Assembly (NCBI GenBank): GCA_002189035.1
Contig: CM007991.1
Location: 2,976,001 to 3,040,000 of the forward strand
Direction: 5' to 3'
Length of the DNA stretch: 64,000 nt
Origin: Utricularia gibba
Lineage: Eukaryota > Plantae > Magnoliophyta
Translations under genes and position numbers: made by a program
The notes under the pieces: model-generated
Databases searched by the model: none
What the model saw: only the letters and a program-made list of their open reading frames with translations
Told to the model about the DNA's origin: nothing
Shown here: positions 36,855 through 46,945 of the stretch, piece by piece
Layout: each line of letters begins with the position of its first letter
How positions within the stretch are numbered: the stretch's first letter is position 1

Positions 36855-39566
36855 TCCATGTGAAGCGCTCACCGCCGCACCAACACCATCTCCACCATCC
36901 AACTCTACTCATTATCATGCCGCAGCTGCGCCGCCGCACCAAACAACCATCCACTACACCAGCTTGACTTGAACCCTTTGCCCTAGAAAGCAGCAGGGAT
37001 GAATTATCAGCCCCCCAATGAATTACCTGAGTATCCTCTGTTCATCAGATCTAAAGAAACCTGAGCCAAAAAAAAACAAACAAACGATAAAATGGTCCAC
37101 CTCAACTGGCCTGCCTACCTTCCAATCCGCAGACAAAAAAGGGTCCCCCGGCGTTCCCGCGTATAACCGACTGCACAAATGGCGAAAATCCCACCTCGGC
37201 CAGTGACCGAAACCGAACCAACCAACCTTGAGCCGGTGATGAAAAAAAGAAAAGAAGCGAGAAAGAGGTAAAGGGGCTGAAACAGTTTTTAACAAAAGAA
37301 AGAAAAACAGTAGAGAGAGTCGCGGTCAAAGCAAGGATGAGGAAAAAGCAGCGGATGCAACACGGCCATTACGAATTTCCGCCTGGAACGGAAGACCAGG
37401 AACCCATATATACTCAGCCGCGATCCGCTGCCTGAACTTTCAACTTCAATTAATCCTTCCCATCGCAGTTAAACCTTGAGATTAAAGCAGCGTTAAGGCT
37501 TAAGGACGCATCGGTCGACAGTAGAAGCGGTGGTCTCAAAAATTGTAGACTAGAATCCGGGCCGCGTCCAGACCAGGCCAGCATCGGGACCCGATCACGG
37601 GCCCACCTCCGCCTCCGCAAGTCAACCGCGCAATCCCCCGACTACCCTCCTCCGAACAGGATCCCATAGTCGTTTATCTTCATTCGGATCCATGGCTTAA
37701 ACTTTAGTGGAATGGGGCAGAGCGAGTAGCGACACCTACAAGATGCCAACTTTGAAGGTCATTGTGGGCTTCCCGGTGGCCTTGTCCAAGTTGCTTTTGT
37801 CGGCCCGGAGAATGAATCACCTGTTCACAGGCCTCATCTTGTTCTCCTCCAACTCGGGACATGGCAAAGCAAGCATGATTGCTCATTACTAAACGTCAGA
37901 TCAATCATTGAAGTACTAATCCAACACATCCTGCACGTGTTCTTCTTCAAAGTAAAACTTTTACATGCAAATTGCTGAACCGAAACATCAGAAGCGTTGG
38001 TTATTTTCCACCTGTGAATTAGCAGTTTTGCTAATGGAGGGAGTAGGGTCACTGCTTCTCCGACTATCTAGCGCAATAATTGCTTATGTGTGGTGCAGAA
38101 GAGGGGTGAAGAAGAGGCACATGGGAACGGATGCAAGGACAAGCGCAAGAAAACACTACAGATTGGATCATGGGGAGGTGTTCATCTATCTATCTATCCA
38201 TCCATCCATCACACCTGATTCGAATGGCTAAGCCAAGAAGAAAAGCTTCTATTCCCAGCTGTCATGCATGTAGCTACTCTATTATGTATGTATTATTGTA
38301 TATGTGTAGGCATGTACTTTTTCTCCATTCACCAAAAGGTGAGAGCCAACAGAAAGAAAACAAGGATGCCTGTACTTCTCCTGTGGAGGTGATGGATGGT
38401 AAGAGACGATTGGTGGGGTGGTATTGGCTCAACTACTGATCAGATTCAAGATTGGGACAGCTCAGATGATTGACTGGACACTGTGGCGCATGCTTGAAGC
38501 ATAGGAACACGGTTGGCTTTGCGGTAAGAGCTCCATGGAAGCATCCAGGAGCAGGTCTTGTTCGCTTCTGGTCTCAATAGTAGGCAGGCATCAATGGCAA
38601 ACTTCAGGACTGAGTCTCTAATGAAAGGCAGGGGATGCATCTCCAAGTCAATCCAAGTGTTGAGTGCAGGTATTTCACTCATGATGGATGAAATTGAATG
38701 AAGATGTGTCATTGCAACAACGAGGATCTGTGAAATGACACATGTTTTTTCAGTTTCTGTTAGAAGTACAACAGCTACTCTTCCAATTTTTTTACCGCAG
38801 CTGTAAATTCGACATTCGTGACGGTCGCTTTTAAAACCAACGAACGCCATCCAACGCATGCCCACCTCCATTTACAGTGCGGCGGTCCTCTCAGTGACGT
38901 ATAAATTTACCCCTCACAGTAATTTTAGTTTAGACCCATTGCTTAGAGCAATCCTACATTTGGCAGCTAAACTAAAATAGGTGCCAGATATCATCACTAA
39001 TTGGGACAAAAGAGGAAGATATCCTCGTTGGACAGTAAAAAAGTGTACTTGATGCTCATCATCTCTAAACATCGTATCTTGAACATGCAACTTGGTAGCA
39101 AAAATACAAATAAACCAGGAGGAGAAATGCACAAGTGAGGTTCAAGTTCAACAACGTCCCAACTGCCCTTGCCTCGGGCTCCATTATTGTACAGATTCAA
39201 GATCGGATCAACTCTGAAAACAAGGCAAACATGTGTATAGAATTGGTGAAGGTAGTACGCTGTTACATGCTCAGTCATATACTTGGTGGGAGTTGTCGTG
39301 GGAATGCAGTGAACTTCTCCAATGAATCTGAAAGATTCTCGAATCCTGGTAAATCACACAGAGATCGAATCTTGAAGACTTCTTCAGAGGTGGGCACCAG
39401 CAGAAGCAGCACAGCAGCACCATACCGTGTGCTCTGAAGCCTCAAATAGCAATGCCTAGTTCCATGGAGCAAGTGTATTGGTCCCAGTTCCACCAAAGCA
39501 TCAATAACAGTAGAATAAAGAATCCCAAAGGCAGGAGCGAAATCCAACCGTAAACGTACAGTACAG

Positions 39567-40708
39567 TTACGGGACTGCATCGAGCCTCGCGTCAAGCATA
39601 AATCCGCGAAAAATACCGTCGCCGCTGCCGGGGACGCTGTCGATCCATCTCCACCCATTTTTCCAATCGTCAACATCTTCCCAAAGAGCTAATCTTCCGA
39701 CCCTCTTCGCTGAAAAACACACACGGTTCCCTCCGCCAAAAACCTTGAATTTGCTACTCTCTGCGAAATAACGATACATTTCAGGGGGCATTCGAGTAGC
39801 TTCTTCCCATTCCAAGCTCTCCAAATCAAGCCTTAGTATCAAGATTGTTGTGCAGGAGCTCTGCAGAGCGTAAGAGCTTTTTAGACCGCCCACCATGTAA
39901 ACCTTTTCATCATTACCGGATTTCACTAACCTAGGCCGCTTCAGAATATCGAACATCTCCCCCAGTGGCTCTTTTTAAGCCTAACCCACTGCATCGATTT
40001 CTCCAAGTCAACTATTTTTGTCTTGAACATGGCCCATTGGGACCTCCACGGCGTGCCCAAATCGCATAACGTGAGGATGAAATCAGATATCAGGACTGCG
40101 CTCCGAGGTTTTGAAGGGAGATTGGAAGAGAATTTGAGCCAATTCTTTACGAGATTTGAGCTTAGATCTCCTCCGCTTCCGGGATTGCTATTCTCGGAAT
40201 AATACAGAACAGCAAGCTCACTGAGAACAATTACCACGTCAAGCGATCCAGCCAAAACAGACCCGTGGCGCGACCACGCGGACCCTAGCTGAGGGAGCGT
40301 CTTGAATTGGCAGGTCAAAGGGTTGCAGACAACGAGGGCCTTCTGGGATAAGCTGTTCTTGGATCCCTGCTCAACGGCCCAGAGGTAAAGGAGTCCACGG
40401 GCGGAGGTGATCGGGTGCAGGGCAGAGAAGGGAAGAAAAGCAAGAGAAAATTTCAGCCATCGGTCCAATTCAGGGTCGAAGGCGTGGAGAGTGGGATGTG
40501 GGCAGGCATGCCGGTGGGAGGGCTTGAGAGCCAGAAAGGAAAGTGGGCGCGATTGTACCCGGAGGAGATGGAGGAAGGACTGACCGGAGAGAGCAGAGTA
40601 GAAGGCCTTGCAAACACATTTTGCCGCCGCGATTTGGCGGAGAGGCAGGCGGCAGAAGATGAGGTGAATAGTCTCCTGGGGTAGCGCGTTGAATGGCGAA
40701 GCATCCAT
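39567..40708 (-). CDS. SKIP15: F-box protein SKIP15-like, intronless (apparent 1-nt frameshift near 39961)
   Basis: F-box LPQETIHLIF; CNPLTCQFKTLPQLGSAWSRHG, WLKFSSNLPSKPRS, FDILKRPRL, TILILRLDLESLEWEEA, ESSKFKVFGGG. Confidence 0.9.
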
Positions 40709-41919
40709 AGCTTCGCCGGCGAATTCACTTCCTTCAACCGCAAAAAAATCCAGGAGGAGACATTCGGTCGGAGGATTTTTAGGGTCAGCTCCGGTGTGGT
40801 GTGTGGTAACAACGAAAAAAGAAACGCGCTCGGAGTGAGTTGACCACTTGACCATGACCCAAGAGTAAGACACGTGATGGACTGATGGTTACAGTCTAAT
40901 TTGGGCCCTCCGAAGAAAAAGCCCATTCGTTCAATTTTGTGACCTTAGCCCAACTCCTCTACAGTGAAAGAATCCATCACTTGTTCAGGTTTCAACGGTA
41001 AACAGCAATGTGATATCACATATCCCGTGATGAGTTGGGGGCGGGATGAAAATCTGGAAATAGAGAAATGGAATGGCTTAAGTTTGATTTTTGGTTGCTG
41101 GGTTGTTCTCGGTATCTCCAAAGGACACTGGTTGAGGTTTGACGCTTGGCCCCTCGTTGCTTTGTAGGGGCAAAGCACAGCCTTTGATTCTAGAGGGTTT
41201 GCCACGACACCCAGAATATCCAGCATTGATTGAGATGATGGTGTTGTTCTTTTGTGTTTCATGTAGGAACGATTAAAAATTGCAACTTGTGTGTTCGGTC
41301 CCATGTGCTGACATTTAGGCCTCAAATGGTTTGGAATCTTTGGATTCTTTATTCTGTAGTGTTAACTTCCAGTAGGAGATGGTGCACGGTTAGGTTGTCC
41401 CTAGAGGCGAACTCTAGAGCGGCATGTAATCCACACGAAATCACCCTTGATTCCTGCCCGACTACACAAGTACCTGTCTTGTGAAACTCTGAAGGTCACA
41501 CGGCGACTGCCATTCAGCTAATAATCTATTTGAATATTCTCCAGTTGGGTCAATTGACGTTTAGGGTTCTGTTCAAAGGCCGGAGCTTTCGTGTGTCTGT
41601 GTGAGCCGTTGACAATGATTTATCCTTGTTTTTTTTTTCTTTTGTGATAGTGGTGTTCCATTTTTGCCTTTTCGATAAGTAAATGTTTTTCTTTTCGATT
41701 CAGCTCTGGTTGCTCAAGGGTTGCTTCTTGTGAGCAATTACTATCGATTTGTTTTAAGGATGCTGCGAAAGACCGGATCTTGTGGTGGTTTAGGGTTTTA
41801 GAATCACCCCAAGAGGAAATCAACTTTTCGATTCGGAAACTCTGTTTTCTGAGATGTGAGATTTATCTGTTGGTGGTTTTCTTTGGTTGATCCCAAGCTT
41901 CGAGATTGGGAAAGGAATC

Positions 41920-43155
41920 ATGGATGTGAATATGACATCGATGAGTAGTATCCAGGGTAATGATGCATCATGTGCTAGAGCTTTTAACATGCAGGGGACA
42001 GTGAGACCTCACCATCATCATCTGCAGCAGGAAAGGCTCCCTGGGCAGGGGTCATCAATAGGCTTCACTAGTAGCATTCATGAGAATACAGGGACTTCTC
42101 TAAACCATGAAAAGATGATCTCAACAGCAGATATGGGGAGGTCTGTAAGTGATGATGGTGATCCCAGTCTCCTGGAAGAAGTCTCCGAGGGCCGAAAGGA
42201 TGCTAATGGAAGCAAAAAGAGTGGCTCGCCATGGCATCGTGTGAAATGGACTGACACAATGGTGAGGGTGTTGGTCACAGCTGTTTCCTACACAAATGAA
42301 GAGGCTGCTGCCGAGTTTGCCAGAGGACCGAGGAGGAAAAGCATTACATTGCAGAAAAAGGGAAAGTGGAAGGCCATCTCAAAGGTGATGACTGATAGAG
42401 GTTACTTTGTTTCACCCCAGCAGTGTGAGGACAAGTTCAATGATCTCAACAAGAAGTACAAGAGGCTGAACGACCTACTTGGGCGGGGGACCTCTTGTGA
42501 AGTTGTTGAGAATCCATCTCTGTTGGATATGGTGGATCATATATCTGAGAAAGCCAAGGAGGAAGTCAAAAGAATCCTGAGCTCAAAGCATTTGCATTAC
42601 GAAGAGATGTGTTCTTACCATAATGGGAACCGTTTAAACCTGCCTCCTGACCCTGAGCTCCGGCATTCACTAAGACTCGCCCTGATGCTGAAAGATGATC
42701 AAGATGAGGAGGACAACGACATGAGATCTCATCTCAACAATGAGAATGGAGAGGGTGATCATAGCTCTCCTTTAGGAGGATCTGAGAAGAGAATGGATGA
42801 TCTGTTAGGCAGTTCAAGCAAGAGGGGTAAGCATAATCACAACGCTGAACATTTTAGTCACAAGGGCTTCAGTAGTTTCCATGGTAATGATGGAAGGCAG
42901 ACATCATCTGAAAGCACCCACGCTCCTCAGGAGCAGCTGGCAAGTCAAAGGAATCTGGAGGTGGAGGAACAGAGGCTGCGGATACATGAACAGATGGTGC
43001 AGCTGGAGAAAGAACGCCTCAAATGGATCGAATTTTCCATGCAAGAAGACGAGGAACTCAAAGCTATGAAAATCGAAATCCAGAGAATGAAGGTGGAAAA
43101 CGAAAGAATGGCTCTGGAACTGAAACAAAAGGAAATGATTCTCGATACAACTTAA
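41920..43155 (+). CDS. Trihelix-type (Myb/SANT-like) transcription factor, intronless
   Basis: WHRVKWTDTMVRVLVTAVSY, KKGKWKAISKVM...VSPQQCEDKFNDLNKKYKRLNDLLGRGTSC, C-terminal coiled coil. The ORF track starts at TTG 41887; the first ATG is 41920. Confidence 0.88.
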   Translation: MDVNMTSMSSIQGNDASCARAFNMQGTVRPHHHHLQQERLPGQGSSIGFTSSIHENTGTSLNHEKMISTADMGRSVSDDGDPSLLEEVSEGRKDANGSKKSGSPWHRVKWTDTMVRVLVTAVSYTNEEAAAEFARGPRRKSITLQKKGKWKAISKVMTDRGYFVSPQQCEDKFNDLNKKYKRLNDLLGRGTSCEVVENPSLLDMVDHISEKAKEEVKRILSSKHLHYEEMCSYHNGNRLNLPPDPELRHSLRLALMLKDDQDEEDNDMRSHLNNENGEGDHSSPLGGSEKRMDDLLGSSSKRGKHNHNAEHFSHKGFSSFHGNDGRQTSSESTHAPQEQLASQRNLEVEEQRLRIHEQMVQLEKERLKWIEFSMQEDEELKAMKIEIQRMKVENERMALELKQKEMILDTT

Positions 43156-43253
43156 CTTCTCGGTGGTCGTCACCATGCCATTTGCTTCAGTTACTTGTTC
43201 TTGGCCACCGCCATGAAATGATTTCTTCTTCTTCTTCTCTGTGTTGATGAAGT

Positions 43254-43415
43254 TGGGCCTTTGGATCGGTTCACCAACTGAGCTATATTGGGCCCATATT
43301 GTAATGGGCCTTCTTCGATGCCTATATAATACAAGAAAACACTTGCACACTACGCATTGCGTTCCTGGACTATAGCGTACGCTGGCCCATGAAAATGAAG
43401 AGGGCCCGGCCCAAT
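43254..43415. promoter_or_regulatory. Cluster of site II (TGGGCY/GGCCCA) elements with a TATA-like box
   Basis: TGGGCC at 43254, 43289 and 43305, GGCCCA near 43384 and 43408, and TATATAA at 43323. No protein-coding start is nearby. Confidence 0.45.
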
Positions 43416-43599
43416 AGTGTGTTAATTTCCATTAGCGCAGTTAGTACGGAAGGGTCCAGGTTGTTTTTGGAGGTGGACTCCAAGAAACAACACTTGGGAA
43501 GATAAGATAAAGCAACAGTGTGATTCAGCTGAGGAGACAAACTGGTAAGGGCAGTCCGTACAAGGATAAAGAAACAACCAGCACACAATACAAGCAGAA

Positions 43600-44190
43600 G
43601 TGAGGGAGGTGAGGGCTGGTACTCTGTCCTGTAACACTGCTCTGTTCATGATGCCACTGGAAGAAGCAAAGATCTGCTTTGGGACATGACTTGCTGCAGC
43701 TGTTCCCCAGAGCCTTGATGCTGCTTTCTGGTTATTTTCTACTGCATCTAGTGATGAAAGAGTGGCAGAAGGGGAGGAAGAAGAAACTAGGAGAAGATTT
43801 GACAGGATGGAAGGAAGAAGCTACATGAAGTGCGGGGCTTTTCCCCCATCCCAACTTCTCTTCTCCGGGGCTGGAAGCCTCCATTGATGGTACAGGTATT
43901 GACAGAGGCAGAGAGTTGAGCACACCACAGGGTAACTCAAGTGGGGGATTGGGAGGTTTGCATCCACTCCAAGGGTATCCCCCCATTTGCATATGAATAA
44001 ATATAGGCACACACGCTCACATTCTGCCGTTCCATTGACTTCCAACAAGCAGTAAAATCATTTTAAAAGTTGTGCCGAATGGGGCATTCTAAAGTGTGTG
44101 GCATGACGTATAAAAATGGAGGCCTGGGCTTGCTTGCCGGTGAAAAGGGAAAAGGTTATCATAACCCTTGAGACAAAGGGAGAGAAAACT
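43600..44190 (-). ncRNA. Candidate lncRNA carrying a bulged miR156-complementary site (possible target mimic)
   Basis: TATAAAT on the minus strand at 44217-44211 followed by a CT-rich leader; site at 43923-43899; no recognisable coding homology. Boundaries approximate and transcription unproven. Confidence 0.4.
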
Positions 44191-44808
44191 TCTCTTAGGA
44201 CTGCTGTGAAATTTATAAGAGCAAGGCAGGGAGGGAGACAGGTTCTCGGTCTTGGAGACATCAGATAACAGCTGATTGGCCACTTCCCATTAAAAATGCA
44301 ACACTAAAAGCTGGCTTTCTGTCCATGCATTTAATATTTGGATATGGATAGAGCTCAGCTGGTAACCAGAAAAGGTCAACTTTCAGCAAAAACCCGACAC
44401 TTGCTGATCTCGATTCCAAGATGGAAGCAGCGGGTTTTCCTCCTACTGAAACTAGTCTCATAGATTTACTTCTCTGTCTGCATTCAAAGAACATGATGAG
44501 ATGCATTATTGAGTCTTGAGCTTGGGGGCTCAGAAAATTAGGTGAATACGATTACCAAACTTAAGCACCCTGCCCCTACCGCCTACATGTCCATAAGCCT
44601 TATTGGCTATCCTTTACGCTGGACCAGACTAGGCCTCCCTTAAAGCAGTTGACAATGATAAAAAGACAAAAAATATATAGCTATCTAATAGGGGTGTTGG
44701 GTTTATCACAACTAAAGTAAACAGTTTATGGATAGAAACAGACCGCTTATAACAGCTCTGTTTCTGTAGTTGAGAATAGTGAAATCATTTTTTCCAGAGC
44801 TGTTGTTG

Positions 44809-46288
44809 CTACTTGGGATGCCATTTGATGCTGCATCCAATACTGGGGTGTTGGGGAAAAAGTTATTAATAAGCCCCCTTTAGCAAGCAGACATTAAGAT
44901 GGGATAATTAATACCTGGGCTTTTGAACCGGTGACAATGGCTGCCCGCTTAGAACTCTATCTATTGCTAAGCCCAAGTCCCTGAATTATGAAGCATCAGG
45001 AACAGAGCACGCGAAGCCAAAAATGTATGTCGTTTGGTTGTTGGCATAGGATAAACGCGCACCTTCCTGTGACCGCTATATCATTTCCAGGTCGTGAGTC
45101 ATCATACTGTCCATGGTAAACGAGCTCAAATGGCCGGCGGCCCTCCTGCTCCCCCACCAACAAATGTATGATATGAATGAGTGACTAGCTCCTCCCCAAA
45201 GTATAATAGCTAGTGATTGCGTACCTTCTTAAATAAGAAAAACTCGGGGGTGCATACAGCCCCAAAACTTGTTGCAACTTCCTGGGACTGTGAGCTCAGA
45301 CCAAAAACCGAATTCCGAACTCAAAACTCAAACGAATCAAACAGTATACTAAATAACTGCAATACCGTATCACCTCATCATAGAGATATGGGAATTCATA
45401 GTTATGCATTTTGGCATCCTCAGCCATGAGCTGTGGTCCATCCTGTGAAGAATACGTTCATGCTAAATAAGAGCCCATATTTGATCCAATGCTACTAGAG
45501 ATTTCGCACAACAGGACCATAAGAAACCTGTGGATGAGTAACCACTGAATTTGATGAGATGGCAACGACTGCCAGGCCCTTCTGTAGAGACCAAGATGAA
45601 ATTCCAATGATGCGCATCGCAAGATAGGTGGAAATCTATTCTACTCTAACTACCTTCATATAGAAGCTGGAAAGCTTTACTATGTGCTTTTTCAAATGTA
45701 TCACGAAAGGGCAATGGTTGCAAATGAACATTACCTGCACAAACAACGGAATTCGCAAACTGTCTGGATAAACAGATTGCAACAACAAGAAAAAAATCAT
45801 TTTTTCATATCATTACCAGCAATGCCGGGTGAGGTTCGAAGTCGTCCAGCGTCCACGTCTTTCCGGTCAGCGGTTCTGAGAGCTGTCTAAACGGAGTTTA
45901 ATTATTTTTCTGTGATGTGGGTGTACAAAAACGAAGGAATGAACCTCAATCCTGCTGTTTCTAATCTAATGGATGAAGAAGAAGAAAGATGCACACAACG
46001 TTTCGAAGTAGCCGCGTATGCTACGCTTGAATTTCATTCATTACGGGGAAAGAAGTAGAAAACCTCGAAATATGGAGCCCGAAATCCTAGGGACGGACCT
46101 TTGGACTCTAATCTCGCAGCTCGAACCAGGAGCTTTCTCGGAGCCAGACGATTTGCCCTACCACCATTCCATCCCGCACTCGAATTTGGGTACATCGATG
46201 ATGATGATGATCGATAAAGATAAGAGCACCGACCCCCAAATTCAGCCGATGACATGACTCCAAGAACCGCCGCCGGAACCCTCGCCAT
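44809..46288 (-). CDS. Chloroplast AhpC/TSA thioredoxin-superfamily protein (9 exons)
   Basis: Transit peptide, GFRAPYFE / LSEPLTGKTWTLDDF / VMFICNHCPFVIHLK / AISSNSVVTHPQ / DGP...FPYLYDE / AVCTPEFFLFKK / LVYHGQYDDSRP / QKPSIGCSIKWHPK*. Confidence 0.92.
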
Positions 46289-46945
46289 ATTCGCCAATCC
46301 GTACATCATTTCACAATCGCCTTATCCTCGTCCGGCAACTGGTTCAGTTCACATCCTTCACAAACAGGAAACAAGAAGGCTATAGCAGTGGGCCCCGTCA
46401 AATGACAACTTCTAGCACTTTAGTAGGATCAATAGTTTCTTTTCAGGTTCTCCTTTTCCACGAAGACTTGTTTCCCTCTGGAAGCCGATTGCGCGACGCG
46501 CTATCCGGACGTATTGATCGAGGGTGACATAGTTGGAATTTTGTTCCGATCCTCAAGAAAGGTAACGTCTCCTTGATGTTTCAAAGTTGCGGCACCCCGT
46601 TGACGAAGATCTTTATACGTTTTCACATTTGGGATTTTTATGGATTCTCGATCTTCGCAAGTGGAATGTATTTCTTGAGAGGGTTCTCCTGTTAGCATCG
46701 GATCGGGCAATTTTTTCATCTTTTTTTGGCGTAAGCTTCTGGATTCTTATCATCTTCTTTGGTTTTTATTTTGGGGGTGTACTGGTTTTGAACTTCTGCA
46801 TCTTTAGTTCTTCTAGTGGTTTGATATTCTGCGTCCAGTAAGTTTTCTATGGTTAAGATCTGCTAAAACGGATTTCATGTGGTCTCATTTGGTGCCTTAG
46901 GAACGAAGTAGACCAAAGTGACAACTGAGCCTACAAGAGAAGGAT

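Noticed and set aside
39275-39676. 133-aa minus-strand ORF as a separate gene
   Set aside because: It overlaps the SKIP15 C-terminus in another frame, starts at a non-ATG codon and has no recognisable homology.
39567-40873. F-box gene as the miR394 target LCR
   Set aside because: The sequence matches SKIP15 and I saw no GGAGGTTGACAGAATGCCAA-like site.
43873-44043. Canonical functional MIR156 precursor on the plus strand
   Set aside because: The mature-like sequence has 4 extra bases and a substitution, and the fold has large asymmetric bulges. Kept only as an alternative explanation of the mimic finding.
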